The notes below the pieces were generated by a model. It had not been told where the DNA came from. It saw nothing but the letters and a program-made list of their open reading frames with translations, and did not search any database. Position numbers and translations under genes: made by a program. A stretch of DNA of 64,000 bases, taken from Squalus acanthias (taxonomy: Eukaryota). How positions within the stretch are numbered: the first letter of the stretch is position 1; every line of letters begins with the position of its first letter. Shown here in pieces: positions 23,927 to 37,628 of the stretch. The stretch is taken from NCBI GenBank assembly GCA_030390025.1, contig CM059431.1, positions 99,326,001 to 99,390,000 of the forward strand, read 5' to 3'.

Positions 23927-24646
23927 TGGTTTTGGGAAACATTGAGTTATAGATAATATCTGTTGCTGCGTGTGCTCAGACTCTGGACAACAACATGTCT
24001 GCCGCCTTACATAGGATGACAGATACCTTAGCCTTGGCCTGACAGGGCCGCACTGACCTACACCAAAGTGCTGTCTAGCAGAGTGGTAGCAGTGACATGC
24101 GGCTGGGCCACAAGAGGGATGATGGCGAAAGGGGACATGAAAGTGGGGACTCTACTCAAAGCGTTTCCACTTCTCGCCCATTGCTCCCGTCCCCCCCCGC
24201 CCCTCATTCAGTACCTAACAGGCTGCTTCATCTCCCGATGGCCGAGTCTGCCCCTGAATTCCTAAAATGGGAAAACCCGGTGAAACCCCAGGGATTTCAT
24301 TGACCTCTGTCAGCTGTGGAAGGATATTTCTCACCGTACACAGCATTCTTGCTTGCTGGTTTAATGCTTTGTTATGGCAACTCACACTTCATTGTACCTG
24401 TGCAGCAAGCTCACCTGGGGCAGGTGGATCATGAGGCTTGTTGCTATGTTCCCAGTTGCCAAGGTATTGATGCTACAAGGACTAACCCTTCAATTTGCTG
24501 TGGTTGTTTGTATTGTAATAATTAATGATCTATCGCAATCATTTTCTTTTGCTTTGAAGCCAAAAAGTTATAATTCAAATTTACTATGTGTTGTTTGTTG
24601 TGATTTACCTGTGTATTAATTTTTATTCCTATTTTGATATTACATG

Positions 24647-25407
24647 CATAGAATTTACAGCACAGAAACAGGCCATTCGGCCCAACTGGTCCATGCTGGT
24701 GTTTATGCTCCACACGAGCCGCCTCCCACTCTCTTTCATCTTGCCCTATCAACATAAGCTTCTATTCTGTGGCTTGGTGGGCAGCGCTCTCGCCTCTGAG
24801 CCAGAGGTTTTGTGGGTTCAAGTCCCACTCCAGAGACTTGAACACAAAAATCTAGGCTGACACTCCAGTGCAGTGCTGAGGGAGTGCCGCACTGTCGGAG
24901 GTGCCGTCTTTCAGATGAGATGTTAAACCGAGGCCTCGTCCGCTCTCTCAGGTGGACGTAAAAGATCCCATGGCACTATTTCGAAGAAGAGCAGGGAGAG
25001 TTCTCCCCGGTGTCCTGACCAATATTTATCCCTCAACCAACATCATTAAAACAGATGATCTGGTCATTATCACACTGCTGTTTGTTGGAGCTTGCTGTGC
25101 GCAAATCGGCTGCGGCATTTCCCACATTATAACAGTGAATACACTTCAAAAGTACTTAATTGGCTGTGAAGCGCTTTGGGACGTCCTGAGGTTGTGAAAG
25201 TCGCTGTAGAAATGCTATTTCTTTCTTTCTTTCTTTCTTCTTCCCCTTAACTGCATCGATGCTATTTGCCTCAACCACTCCTTGAGTTGCACATTCTCGC
25301 CACTCTCTGAGTAAAGAGGTTTCTCCTGAATTCCCTATTGGATTTATTAGTGACTATCTTATATCTATGGCCCCTTGTGTTGGACTCCCCCACAAGTGGA
25401 AACATAT
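24647..25407 (-). mobile_element. CR1-like LINE 3' fragment interrupted by a SINE
   Basis: Tail at 24647-24766; CR1 sequence resumes after ~25240. Confidence 0.75.
24767..25240 (+). mobile_element. Deu-domain SINE (SacSINE1-like)
   Basis: A/B-box-like head, Deu core, (TTTC)n tail. Confidence 0.9.
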
Positions 25408-26922
25408 TATGGACATTAACATCAATTATTACAAACGCACAGTTGAGCATCAGAAAAGTGTTTACAACACAAACATAGAAAAAGATTGTCCTGATGTATC
25501 CTGTGCAGATAAAAAAGAGGTTAATTTCTAAAATTCGGATTAAGAAATAAGAAAAAAATGATTTCCCTCCTATTTATTAGGAATAGGTTTCTTCCTAGAT
25601 GTCCTTTATATTCAGGGAGTACCACTCCTCTCAAAGGGCTAATAATGAAAATGATAATTGCTCCAAATGTTCTACAGCTGTCTTTATAAAGGAATGACCC
25701 TATTAATTTACACTTCCCAAGGAATTGACAATTATTTGATTTTTATTCCCAATGTATTATGTTCGTAAAATTGTAAAAATATTATCCCCATCCCCAGAAC
25801 ACCTGGTGTGAGGAGGAATTGGCCAGTGATTCTTGTGGCCTCCCAATTTTGGCATACTGCAGACATTTGATTGACTTCAATCGGGTTGTGTTCAGGAAAA
25901 GCAGGTCGGGATGCGGCCTAACCGCAGGTCCTTAAAGGGGCCTCTGGAGGCCACCAGTAAAAAGGTAATCTTGTTAAAAAATACTTTAGCTGAATGTGGA
26001 GCCGGGCAGATGGACGAGTGCCCCTCCAAACTCCACATTAATACCACGGGCCGCTGGAGGCAGCCAGCACTACCCCTCGGAACCTTTTCCCCCTTTCCCC
26101 CTTTCCCCCCCCCACCGCTCAATCCCCACCCCCTCTGATTGCTCTCTCCCCCCCCCCCCCTCCCCGCCGAAGACCAGCGGCCAGGAATTCCTAAGCCTTC
26201 ACCGGTGAGCTGCCTGGGGGGCCCCCAGCAGGATGTCAATGAGGCCTGAAGCCCAATATCGGGGGTTCCTTGGGCCGACCCACTTCGTGCAGGCCTGCTA
26301 ATTGGGAACTAATTTCTAGGCCACCGTGTCGAGATATGCTGTGCTTCTAATTCATTCCTGATTTCAGGTAGCATTCATTAATAAAGGAGAACGCCAGAAA
26401 CTCAATTAAGCAATCAACTAGTTTGGGTGTATGAAAGATGGCAATCGTAAAAGTAATTATTGTGAAATGGTGTGTCCTTTATTTTCGGATGGGGGATGCC
26501 ACCTATGAAACTGTTTGTTTGGAAATGTCTGTATTATAAAGAATTGTTGTAGACGCGACGTGTTTGCCAATAATCATTACCACTCAAACTGCCCCCAATT
26601 ACATCCAGTAATTTCTGAGTTTGCAAGCCAAAAATTCCCAACAATCATGCCGTGTAACACACACGACACTGGAAATGTGCGAGGGTGCGAGTTTGCGAGC
26701 ATGCATGTGCACATTTATATGGAAAAGAACTGTAGTGTACATTACTGATTACAAATAAAATAGGAGATAACAGTACGACTTGCTGGTTAAAGCAATGGAA
26801 ATATTTATAGAGCCTGTGTATTTGATAAATGGCCAGTGGATATGTAGATTTGTAGATGGTAGATCTAATCGTGAGAATGTGTCTGGTATAATGTGGGAGG
26901 GATGTCAAAAACCCAAGTAACC

Positions 26923-27771
26923 AAAGAACTAGCATTTATATAGCGCCTTTCATGACCTCAGGATGTCCTAAAACGCTTCACAGCCAATGAATTACGTTTT
27001 GAAGTGTAGTCACTGTTGTATTGTGGGAAACGTGGCAGCCAATGGGTGCACAGCAAGCTCCCACAATCTGCAATGAGACAAATGACCAGATAATCTGTTT
27101 TAGTGATGTTGGTTGAGGGATAAACATTGGCCCAGGAAACAGGGGAGGGCTCCCCTGCTCTTCTTCGAAAAAGTGCCATGGGATCTTTTACGTCCACCTG
27201 AGAGGGCAGACGTCTCATCTGAAAGACGGCACCTCCGACAGTGCAGCGCTCCCTCAGTACTGTCCCTCTGACAGTGCAGCATTCCCTCAGTACTGACCCT
27301 CCGACAGTGCAGCGCTCCCTCAGAACTGCCCCTGCGACAGTGCGGCACTCCCTCAGTACTGCCCCTCCGACAGTGCAGCACTCCCTCAGTACTGCCCCTC
27401 CAACAGTGCAGCACTCCCTCAGTACTGCCCCCCCGACAGTGCAGCACTCCCTCAGTACTGCCCCTCCGACAGTGCGGCGCTCCCTCAGTACTGCCCCTCC
27501 GACAGTGCGGCACTCCCTCAGTACTGCCCCTCCGACAGTGCAGCACTCCCTCAGTACTGCCCCTCCAACAGTGCAGCACTCCCTCAGTACTGCCCCCCCG
27601 ACAGTGCAGCACTCCCTCAGTACTGCCCCTCCGACAGTGCGGCGCTCCCTCAGTACTGCCCCTCCGACAGTGCGGCGCTCCCTCAATACTGCCCCTCCGA
27701 CAGTGCAGCGCTCCCTCAGTACTGCACTGAAGTGTCGTCAGCCTAGAGTTTTGTGCTCAAGTCTCTGGAGT
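26923..27771 (-). mobile_element. Deu-domain SINE with an internal tandem expansion
   Basis: SINE sequence on both sides of the array. Confidence 0.9.
27232..27724. repeat. 33-bp minisatellite (~15 copies) inside a SINE
   Basis: Unit cctccgacagtgcagcactccctcagtactgcc. Confidence 0.95.
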
Positions 27772-28034
27772 TTATTTATAAAGTGAACATCTTGGATAAT
27801 TCTGTTTTTAAGCATCCAGCAGTCAGTGCTGACCTTGCTGCCTGTAGATCTAAACTTGATTTTATTTTTTTTGGTACTTTGTTGTTTTTTTAAGAAGTAA
27901 GTTCTTGATGTGTACTGTCTGCTGTGTGAGATCATTGTCTGTTATAAGTGTTTCATCATCAAGGTTGAGAGTATATTCTGAATGGAAAGATGATGAAGGG
28001 TGTGGATGAACCGAGAGGCCTAGGGCTACAAGAG

Positions 28035-29060
28035 TGAAGAAGTACCTGATAAATTTGTACAAGGCATTAGTTAGGCTACAGTTGGAATACTGTGTACTCT
28101 GCTTCCCATATCCTAACTCGCACCAAGTCCCGTTCACCCATCACCCCCTGCGCTCGCTGACCTACATTGGCGCCCGGTCCGCCAATGCCTCGATTTTAAA
28201 ATTCTCAGTTCTTGTTTTCAAACCTCTCCATGGCCTCACCCCCTCCCTATCTCTGTAAACTCCTCCAGCCCTAAACCCCCCCCCGAGATCTCTGCGCTCC
28301 TCCAATTCTGGCCTCTTGCGCATCCCTGATTTCCATCGCTCCACCATTGGCGGCCGTGCCTTCAGCTGCCTGGGCCCCAAGCTCTGGAATTCCCTCCCTA
28401 AAGCTCTCCACTTGCCTCTCTTCCTTTAAGACGCTCCTTAAAGCCTACCTCTTTGACCAGGCTATCCTAATATTGCTTCATGTGGCTTGTTGTGAAATTT
28501 TTGTTTGATGACACTCCTATGAAGCATCTTGAGACATTTTAATACGTTAAAGGTGCTCTATAAATGCAAATTGTTGTTGTTCTATACTTTTGGGCAACCC
28601 ATTTTAGAAGGGACTTAAGGGCAGTGTTGATTCACCAGGATCATGCCAAGTATGGGGACCTATAGTTGTGAGGAGAGAATTGAAATATTGGTACAGAGAA
28701 TGTTAAGAGGAGATTTAATAGAGGTTTTTATAATTATAAAGAATAGGCTGAATAGGGAAAGACTACTTCTTCCAGTTGGAGGTTAGTGACAAGAGGCTCA
28801 TTAATTTGAAATGATCGCTCAGAAAGCAAGGAGAGGCTGGGAGAAGGTCCTTTACACTGAGGGCTGGTGGAGCACGGAATTCTTTGCCACAGGGAATGGT
28901 TGAGGCCGAGACCATCACATCTTTTATAGGGAAAGCTGGCCAAACACTTGAAGCAGAGGAAGATACAGGGCAGCTGGCAAAGAGCCAGGCAGTGGGATTA
29001 ATTTTGGATTGCTCTGGCAAAGAGCCGGCACAGACACGGTGGGGCTCCGTCTGTGCTGGT
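28035..29060 (+). mobile_element. Old decayed CR1 interrupted by an L2
   Basis: LINLYKALVRLQLEYCV before the L2; CR1-like sequence resumes after ~28580. Confidence 0.65.
28110..28580 (+). mobile_element. L2-clade LINE 3' end
   Basis: taactcgcaccaagtcccgttcacccatcaccc through the tail ending in ttgttgttg. Confidence 0.85.
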
Positions 29061-29236
29061 CCTATGGGTGTCTGTCTGATTTAGTGCAAGACTATTGCAA
29101 TGTATTTTTCCCAGTATTGTCTGATTTTTTTTTTACATGTTTTATATTATATTATCAATAGGTTCTCAAATAACCTTCTTGCCAAGAGATTAAACGTGAA
29201 ATGACTAAACGTACAAGTTCAAAACCGCAGTAACTG

Positions 29237-29572
29237 GGTGTGGGTGTCACTGGAATTTATTGCCCATCCGAGTTGCCCTGAACTGAGTGACTCGCTCGGC
29301 CACATTAGAGGGCAGTCACGAGTCAACCAGCTCGGTGTGGGACTGGAGTCACGTATAGGCCCAGACCGGGTAAGGATGGCAGGTTTCCTTCCCTAAAGGA
29401 CGTCAGTGAACCAGATGGGTTTTTACGACAATCCGACAGCTTCACGGTCACTTTTACTGAGACCAGCTTTTCATTTCTAGTTCTTTTTAAAAAAAAACCT
29501 GAATTCAAATTGTCAAACTGCCGTAATGAGATTTGAACTTGCGTTCACCCTGGATTATTAGTCCAGTAACAT
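29237..29572 (-). mobile_element. tRNA-derived SINE, probably MetaSINE-type, with a LINE family B tail
   Basis: - strand core ggttcactgacgtcctttagggaaggaaacctgccatccttacccggtctggg...gtgactccag resembles the Meta domain as I recall it. The tail resembles LINE B (atttattgcccatcc). Confidence 0.55.
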
Positions 29573-29756
29573 ATCTGCTATGCTACCCTACCCAGGAACT
29601 CAAAGCTTGTAGAAATCTTCTGCTGCCATTCAATACTATCTACATTTGGTTTTGCATTGTCCAGGCCAGACACTGTCTAATAAGTTGTGTAATGTTAAGT
29701 CATGGTTACAGTTTATGGTCATACTTTCAACCCATAAAGTGTTATTATATGGGGTT

Positions 29757-30137
29757 GATCTGATAGAGGTGTTCAAAATCATGAAGGGTTTTGAGCGAGT
29801 CAATATGGAGAAACTGTTTCCATTGGCAGAAGGGTCGGTAACCAGAGGACAGAGATTTAAGGTGATTGGCAAAAGAACCAGAGGGGAGATGAGGAGACAT
29901 TTTATTTATGCAGCGAGTGGTTGTGATCTGGAACGCGCTGCCTGAAAGGGCGGTGGAAGCAGATTCAATAGTAACTTTCAAAAAGGAATTGGATCAATAC
30001 TCAAAGGGAAAACATTTACAGGGCTGTGGGGAAAGAGCAGGGGGAGTGGGACTAATTGGAGAGCTCGTTCAAAGAGCCGGCACAGGCACGATGGGCCGAA
30101 TGGCCTCCTCCTGTGCTGTACCATTCTATGATTCTAT
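29757..30137 (+). mobile_element. CR1-like LINE 3' fragment
   Basis: DLIEVFKIMKGFERV...WNALPERAVEADS. Confidence 0.85.
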
Positions 30138-31257
30138 ATGGGACTTAAATGGTCAACTGCAGTAACAGAAGACAGAGTTATAATTAACTGGAACATTTTG
30201 TGACTGATGTATTAGCTCATCAGTTTTTAGCAGAATGACTATTAATATCCCTCATAACACTGAATTTATTACTGTATTGCATGTCTGACTGTTTTAAATG
30301 TCAGATGTCCCTTTTTTTGACATGAAATAATTCTAATGCAATTCACAGCAGAAATGTTTTTGGTGGTTTTTTTCCCAATGGAAACATGCCAGATGCTCTT
30401 CGAATGAAGATCTGTAATGTTAGGTCAACGCACGCACCTAAGTACAGGATCTCACAGCTGACCTATACGACCTATACGACCATGGCGTTCTAAGTGGCAG
30501 TGGTGTTACTGCCAGTGACCATAGAATTGCTATGGGAGGTACTTCATTTTTCTTTCCTCTCCATGTTTCTTGTGGGCATTAACCCCTTGCTGGGGATAAA
30601 GTCCCACTGCCGCTGGTCATTCTCTAGTACCTCACCTAAGTGGCCATTATTCCCACATGAGGCTATTGGACAGCTTGGGCATCCCAGCCCAATCCTGTCC
30701 TAGCCCAGTGTTTACAAACTTTCCTGCAGAAGTCACTAGATAGTGATCAGGGCAACACACCTGACTCATTTCCCCTTCCAAAGACCAGTGGCGCTGAGGC
30801 AGACCCTAGAACATGGATCCTTCTTGCTGGTGTGGGTCAGCCACGCACTGGCTAATCTTGCAATACTGCCAGAGAGCCGCGATAATCAATTTTCTGTGTT
30901 TCTGGAATACTGATGATGGCGGAAAGCTCGTGAGGAGGGATAACAGTGATACCATTAATCTACAAACCAAATTCCTACTCTGCGTCCTCAGGTTATCGAC
31001 CCTCCTGGCAGTGGAAACTGTTTCTCTTATTTACTCTGTCAAAACCCTTCATAGCTTGTCGTAGTGTCCAATTGGTGACCTCGATTCCTATGCATCGTTT
31101 CTTGTGGTAATTACATACATTTGTTAACTTCACACCAGTATCGGGAGCTGCTCTTTTCCCGCCTCTTTGTTTTTGGAACGGCATTAGTTTCAGTCACTGC
31201 AATTCTTGGTCGGCCAGTAAAATAATCATTGCGAAAATAATATTGCCTACATAGAAT

Positions 31258-31932
31258 CTTGGTTAGACCACACTTGAAGCACTATGCACAGTTCTGGTCT
31301 CCATATATCTTGGTTAGACCACACTTGGAGCACTGTGCACAGTTCTGGTCTCCATATATCTTGGTTAGACCACACTTGGAGCACTGTGCACAGTTCTGGT
31401 CTCCATATTACAAAAATGATATAGAGGCACTGGAGAAGGTGCAAAAAAGATTTACAAGGATGATACCAGAACTGAGAGGTTATAACTATCAGGAAAGATT
31501 GAACAGGCTGGGGCTCTTTTCTCTAGAAAAGAGAAGGCTGACGGGTGACCTAATAGAGGTCTTTAAAATTATGAAGGGGTTTGATAGGGTAGACACAGAG
31601 AAGATGTTTCCACTTGTGGGAGAGACCAAAACTAGGGGCCATCAATATAAGATAGTCACTAATAGATCCAACAGGGAATTCAGGAGAAACTTCTTTACCC
31701 AGAGAGTGGTGAGAATGTGGAACTCGCTACCACAGGGAGTGGTTGAGGCGAATAGTATAGATGCATTTAAGGGGAAGCTGGATAAACACATGAGGGAGAA
31801 AGGAATAGAAGGATATGCTGATGGGGTGAGATGAAGAGGGGTGGGAGGAGGCTCGTGTGGAGCATAAACACCAGCACGGACCAGTTGGGCCGAATGGCCT
31901 GTTTCTGTGCTGTACGCTCTGTGTGATTCTAT
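31258..31932 (+). mobile_element. Well-preserved CR1 3' end with a 51-bp triplication at its 5' junction
   Basis: Open frame with LVRPHLEHCAQFWSPY three times, then KNDIEALEKVQKRF...FKGKLDKHMREKGIEGY. Confidence 0.9.
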
Positions 31933-33012
31933 CCAACTTCAAGTTGGACCCATTAATTTATGGTGAATGTTGACACCACTGTGTGAGCCATTGAGTTGGA
32001 GGGTGGGGGCAGAACTTGTGGTTTTTAATTGATAGAGTCTCTGAACTCCTGACTGAAACTACAGCAAACAGAGGCTCCCGAGTACAGCCGGGTGATTCCT
32101 CCAACAAAGTGCAGTGAGTGGAGGATCGCTAATACAATACAAACGATGTGCGTAAAATCAATCCCAGTCACTTGCAGCAGTGCGGCTTCCAGGCCTGAGT
32201 GATGGGGGAATTACCCAATCATCTCCGTTCTGGCTGGGACTGGTGGGGTCGCTCTACGCAGCCCTTAATTGATACCACCGCTGACACTGCAGATGTATTA
32301 ACGATAAACTGCAATACAAGACATTACAGAAGTGCTGAGTTTCACACCAGCTTTGCGTCGCTGGAAGCTAACCCTGTCACCTGATGCAGGAGGCTTCGAA
32401 AAATCAAATTCATATTTGGCACCATGCTTTTATTGCAGGATGGCATCAGGTGGATTTTTGATGATATGAAACTTCTAAAATCAGCCGCTTGTTCAAATGC
32501 TGCCTCTGACAAACTCCAAAAAAAAAAACCCCCCCATGCGCGTCATGTTTATTAACAAACCCGTATAATCGTATAATTGGCAGTGTCTGTCAACACCAGC
32601 GGGGAGCTCGCTATTTTGGAAACAATTAAGCTTAGCCAGCTTGAAGTGTCTGCAGATAGGACAACTTTCGCCATGATTATTTCCTGTGCAGCTGGTGGTA
32701 GCATTTACTTCTAACCCGTGTAGAATTGGAGCCATGCTCAGCCAGACCTGTATTACGCAGCAGTGATAAGGCTATTCATTTTCACCTTGGAATAAGTGTT
32801 GCAAAAATTAGGATATTTTCAGCCAAATATGTCACATTCTATTATGCTATAAATCCCAGACACTGTTGAATAATTTTAGACGAGCTTTATCCAGTTTTAA
32901 ACACTAAAGTAGAATGTTTTTAAATTACTGTGCACCAAAACACATTTTTATACTTCTACACGTCATATTAAAACTGCTCTATTAATGCTGTATATAAATG
33001 TATCGTATACTC

Positions 33013-33567
33013 GCGAGTTGTTATGATCTGGAATGCAGAGAAGGTTAAGGGGAGATTTAATCGAGGAGTTCAAAATCATCAAGGGTTTTGAGAGAGTAAA
33101 TAAGGAGAAACTGTTTCTACTGGCAGGAGGGTCGTAACCAGAGGACACAGATTTAAGATAATTGACAAAAGAACCAGAGGGGAGATGAGGAAATTTTTGA
33201 CGCAGCGAGTTGTTGTGATCTGGAATGCGCTGCCTGAAAGGGCGGTGGAAGCAGATTCAATAGTAACTTTCAAAAGGGAATTGGATAAATACTTGGAAGA
33301 GAGAAATTTGCAGGGCTCCGGGCAATGTTCCCTCTTACTTGTTTTTGGGTGCGTGTCTCATTCACAATTTCACACATCGTGAAACTTTACATTGAAGGAG
33401 CTTGTCCCGGGCTGCACTGGATCGGCAGAGCGGTCGCGCATCTTATAGGAAACGTTGGCTGTGGGGAAAGAGCAGGGGGAGGGGGACTAATTGGAGAGCT
33501 CTTTCAAAGAGCTGGCACAGGCACGATGGGCCGAATGGCCTCCTTCTGTGCTGTATGATTCTGTGAT
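33013..33567 (+). mobile_element. CR1-like LINE 3' fragment with a nested MITE
   Basis: RRLRGDLIE...WNALPERAVEADS, split at 33323-33457. Confidence 0.85.
33323..33457. mobile_element. hAT-type MITE (family 1)
   Basis: CAATGTTCC...GAAACGTTG. Decayed TSD GCTCCGGG/GCTGTGGG. Confidence 0.7.
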
Positions 33568-33694
33568 CCCTGTGGTGTTGCACATGGTGAGTTGCAGGAC
33601 ACAATGTTTTATAACAATAGGGGCGTTATCAAAAGAAAGTGTGACGGGGAAAATATAGCAGGAAAACTGTGACAGGAATTACGTTTTTTTTTAA

Positions 33695-34146
33695 TATTCG
33701 TTTATGGGATGTGGGCGTCGCTGGCAAGGCCAGCATTTATTGCCCATCCCTAATTGCCCTTGAGAAGGTGGTGGTGAGCTGCCTTCTTGAACCGCTGCAG
33801 TCCGTGTGGTGAAGGTGCTCCCACAGTGCTGTTAGGGAGGGAGTTCCAGGATTTTGACCCAGCGACGATGAAGGAACGGCCGATATATTTCCAAGTCAGG
33901 ATGGTGTGTGACTTGGAGGGGAACTTGGAGGTGGTGGTGTTCCCATGCGCCTGCTGCCCTTGTCCTTCTAGGTGGTAGAGGTCGCGGGTTTGGGAGGTGC
34001 TGCCGAAGAAGCCTTGGCGAGTTGCTGCAGTGCATCTTGTAGATGGTACACACTGCAGCCATGGTATGCCGGTGGTGCAGGGAGTGAATGTTTAAGGTGG
34101 TGGATGGGGTGCCAATCAAGTGGGCTGCTTTGTCCTGGATGGTGTG
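33695..34146 (-). mobile_element. LINE family B 3' fragment
   Basis: TIQDKAAHLIGTPSTTLNIHSLHHR plus tail. Confidence 0.9.
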
Positions 34147-34386
34147 ATATTGACAGGAGGTGCCTGATCTCGGCACGGCTTTTTAATATATTGTAGATTA
34201 TTTTGTTTTTCCTGTGATGGAACCCCTCAATTGCACAGCATTTGATTTTGACCTAAACTTCAATCTGCATTGCTTGCTCCTGTCAATCACAAAGATAGGA
34301 GCTTGCAGTTCAGAGGTCAGCATTGTTTGCGCATTTTAAAAAAAGCCCGTTGCTAAGTTAACCTGTTTATAAATCTAATCCATCGA

Positions 34387-34623
34387 GGCCGTGCCTTCAG
34401 CTGCCTGGGCCCTAAGCTCTGGAATTCCCTCCCTAAACCTCGCCACCTCTCCCTCCTCCTTTAAGACGCTCCTTTAAACCTACCTCTCGGGCCAAGCTTA
34501 TGGTCACCTGTCCTAATCTCTCCTTATGTGGCTCGGCGTCGATTGTTGTTTGATAATCGCTCCTGTGAAGCACCGTGGGACATTTTTACTACGTTAAAGG
34601 CGGTATTTAATTGCAAGTTGTTG
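34387..34623 (+). mobile_element. L2-clade LINE tail
   Basis: ggccgtgccttcagctgcctgggccctaagctctggaattcc... Confidence 0.85.
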
Positions 34624-35310
34624 TAATGGGATTTGGCTTAAAATGTGAGTTTTGGTAAGTAGACATAGCACCTTTAATACTAAACCTTAAAACCTGAAAC
34701 TGTCTCCCCAGTAAGGGTGGATTGAGTAAATATACTAAAATTGGATGTAGTACTCAATTGAGAACACTCGAACATATTCTGTGCAAAATGGGTTTCATGA
34801 TATTCAAACCCTACAAAAATGAATGGCCATGATAGATCCAGTTATTCCAAGAACAGCTCAAGTAAGCTTGAGGTAGCTTGTGGCAGAGGTTCATCCTACG
34901 TTGGCAACTCAGAGAGTTGGCCTCGCCACATCTTGTATGCGTAGTCCCTTCCCCCGAATTAGATTAGGCTACTGGTATATAAATAGCTTGCCCAGATAGC
35001 TTGGCCTCTAGTCTAGCACGCTTGGCTGGGAAGCGTAAAATGATAGTGAGTCAGCAGCTCTTAAAGGGCTGCAGCTCACCTTTACAGGGGAAGCCGTGGT
35101 GATGGGAGAAAAGTGGATCGATTGTTCGCTGAAGCTCAGCAGAGACATGTGCACCTTTGATTTTGATCATTCCTGCTACTGGCGGGACACTTAGGGAGGT
35201 GGCTCTATTTGGACTGGAAGCCACGGTCCAGTAAGAAGGCAGCTGCACACTGTATGGAGGGAGGTCTTTGACTGAGTCAATGCAGTCGCCCAGGATTTAA
35301 ATGAACCGAA

Positions 35311-35812
35311 CATAAGAATATAAGAATTAGGAGCAGGGGTAGGCCATTCAGCCCCTCGAGCCATTCAATGAGATCATGGCTGATCTTCTACCTCAACTCA
35401 ACTTTCCCTGCCCGATCTCCATATCCCTTGATTCCCTTAGAGTCCAAAAATCTATCGACCTCTGTCTTGAATATACTCAATGACTGAGCCTCCACAGCCC
35501 TCTGGGGTAGAGAATTCCAAAGATTCACCACCCTCTGAGTAAAGAAATTTCTCCTCATCTCAGTCCTAAATGGCCGACCCCTTATTCTGAGACTGTGACC
35601 CCCCCCTAGTTCTAGACTCTGCAGCCAGGGGAAACATCCTCTCAGCATCTACCCTGTCAATCCCCTTAAGAATTTTATGTTTCAATGAGATCATCTCGCC
35701 TTCTAAACTCTAGGGAATATATGCCCATTCTACTCAATCTCTTCTCCTAGGACAACCCGCTCATCCCAGGAATTAGTCTAGTGAACCTTCATTGCACTCC
35801 CTCTATGGCAAG
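35311..35812 (-). mobile_element. CR1-like LINE 3' fragment
   Basis: GHSLRIRGRPFRTEMRRNFFTQRVVNLWNSLPQ. Confidence 0.85.
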
Positions 35813-36293
35813 CGTCAAATGTCAGTGAAGTATGATGGTATTGTTATCCATTTACACAAAATACAGGTTCCAATGTAAAGTTAATATATGCGGTTCTGTG
35901 TACAAGATTGCTTATCGTCCTCCGTGAACCCTCGGCAAATATTCATTCTGAATATATAATTTCAAATCAAACTTCTGCTGTGCTTTATTGATAATATATT
36001 ACTTTAAAAAAAAAAGAAACACAACACTTTATCTTTTTACTTCCCGTTCACTTACTACAGTTGACCCAGGTTGTATATATCCTATAACAGGTTAACTTGA
36101 AAGCAGATTTTCTGCTTGATTTGCACAATACATTCCCCAAGATATAGATAGCTGCCTCCCAGCAATTGGTAAACCAATCTGACATCACTAAAAGACACAA
36201 CATCGCTAATGTTCGTAACATAGCAGAGATTCAATCCGTCCAATCTTCTGATTCATTCCTAGGTTATTTCTCTACAGGATTCCAGCTATTTTA

Positions 36294-36745
36294 GTGTCAG
36301 CTCAGTGGGTTGCTCTCTCGCCTCTGAGTCAGAAGGTTGTGGGTTCAAGTCCCACTCCAGAGACTTGAGCACAAAATCCAGGCTGACACTCCAGTGCAGT
36401 ACTGAAGGAGTGCTGCACAGTCTGAGCTGCCGTCTTTCAGATGAGAGGTTAAGCCCGAGGCCCCGTCTGATCTCTCAAGTGCACATTAAAAGATTCCACG
36501 GCACTATTTCGAAGAATAGCTGGGGAGTTCTCCCCGGTGGCCTGGCCAATATTTATCCCTCAACCAACATTACTTAAAATAAAAAAGGTTATCACATTGC
36601 TGTTTGTGGGAGCTTGCTGTGCGCAAATTGACTGCTGCGTTTCCTACATTACAACAGTGACTCCACTTCAAAAAGTTCTTCATTGGCTGTAAAACGCTTT
36701 GGGATGTCCTGAGGTCGTGAAAGGTCCTAATGAAATTCACATTCT
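36294..36745 (+). mobile_element. Deu-domain SINE
   Basis: Head, core and tail match the other copies. Confidence 0.85.
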
Positions 36746-37628
36746 TTTTTTTTTAATAATTGAAGGCAAGACTGTGAGCCTCCTCCCCTGCCCAGAGCTC
36801 CATTATGGCTTCTCTCACACTGACATCATTTATACCAGTCACTTATTTTAATTGAGTGAAGTATTAGGTTGGACTAAGCCAAAAGATAAAGCAGTAAGGA
36901 TAAAACCCCATTTCTATTTATTTAATCATTTGCAAGTTGGCTTGTGTCTAATTTAATTTAATGACTGTCTCTTTATGTGGCTTGGTGTTGTTTGATAATC
37001 GCTCCTGTGATACATTAAAGGCGCTATATAAATGCAAGTGGTTGTTGTTGTATTGTAACCTACAGGACAAGACTGCAGTCCATTTGTCCAGTCCCAAACA
37101 CGAATACATTTCGATGACCTACTTCCTCAAATATCCATCCAATTCTCCCTCAGGTTTTCCAACACTATCTACTTCCACCGACTCCCCAGGCACTTCATTC
37201 CAGACATCTGTGTGAAGTCGCTGAATCTAAACTGGCTTTGTAATTCCCCTCTTCTAAGCTGGAACCTGTGTCCCTTGGTAAAGCTCTGTCCATCTTGAGC
37301 ATATTGGGGAAGAAATTGGTCCCTGGGGGAGCCTGATTTTTGGGTGATAAATTGGAGTTTGGGGGAAGCAAGTGGAAACATCTTCTCTACGCCGACCATA
37401 TCGAACCCTTTCATAATCAGGTCACCACTCAGTTTCTCTTTTCTCTTTTTTGCCTGTTCAGTCTCCACCAACTTAGTGTGAGGTGGGTGAGCCTAATCAG
37501 AAGCGCAATATCTGCAACTGAGTAGCAGAGTGCGGGAGCGGATGAGTGTAAAGTGGCAGTGTTTGCTCCCCAGGCAAGTTTGGTGATGAGACTGTTTCGG
37601 GTTTAGGGCAATATATCTGGTGTAAAGG

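Noticed and set aside
30460..30860. Possible ancient SINE (LF-SINE-like) remnant
   Set aside because: Too diverged to support without an alignment.
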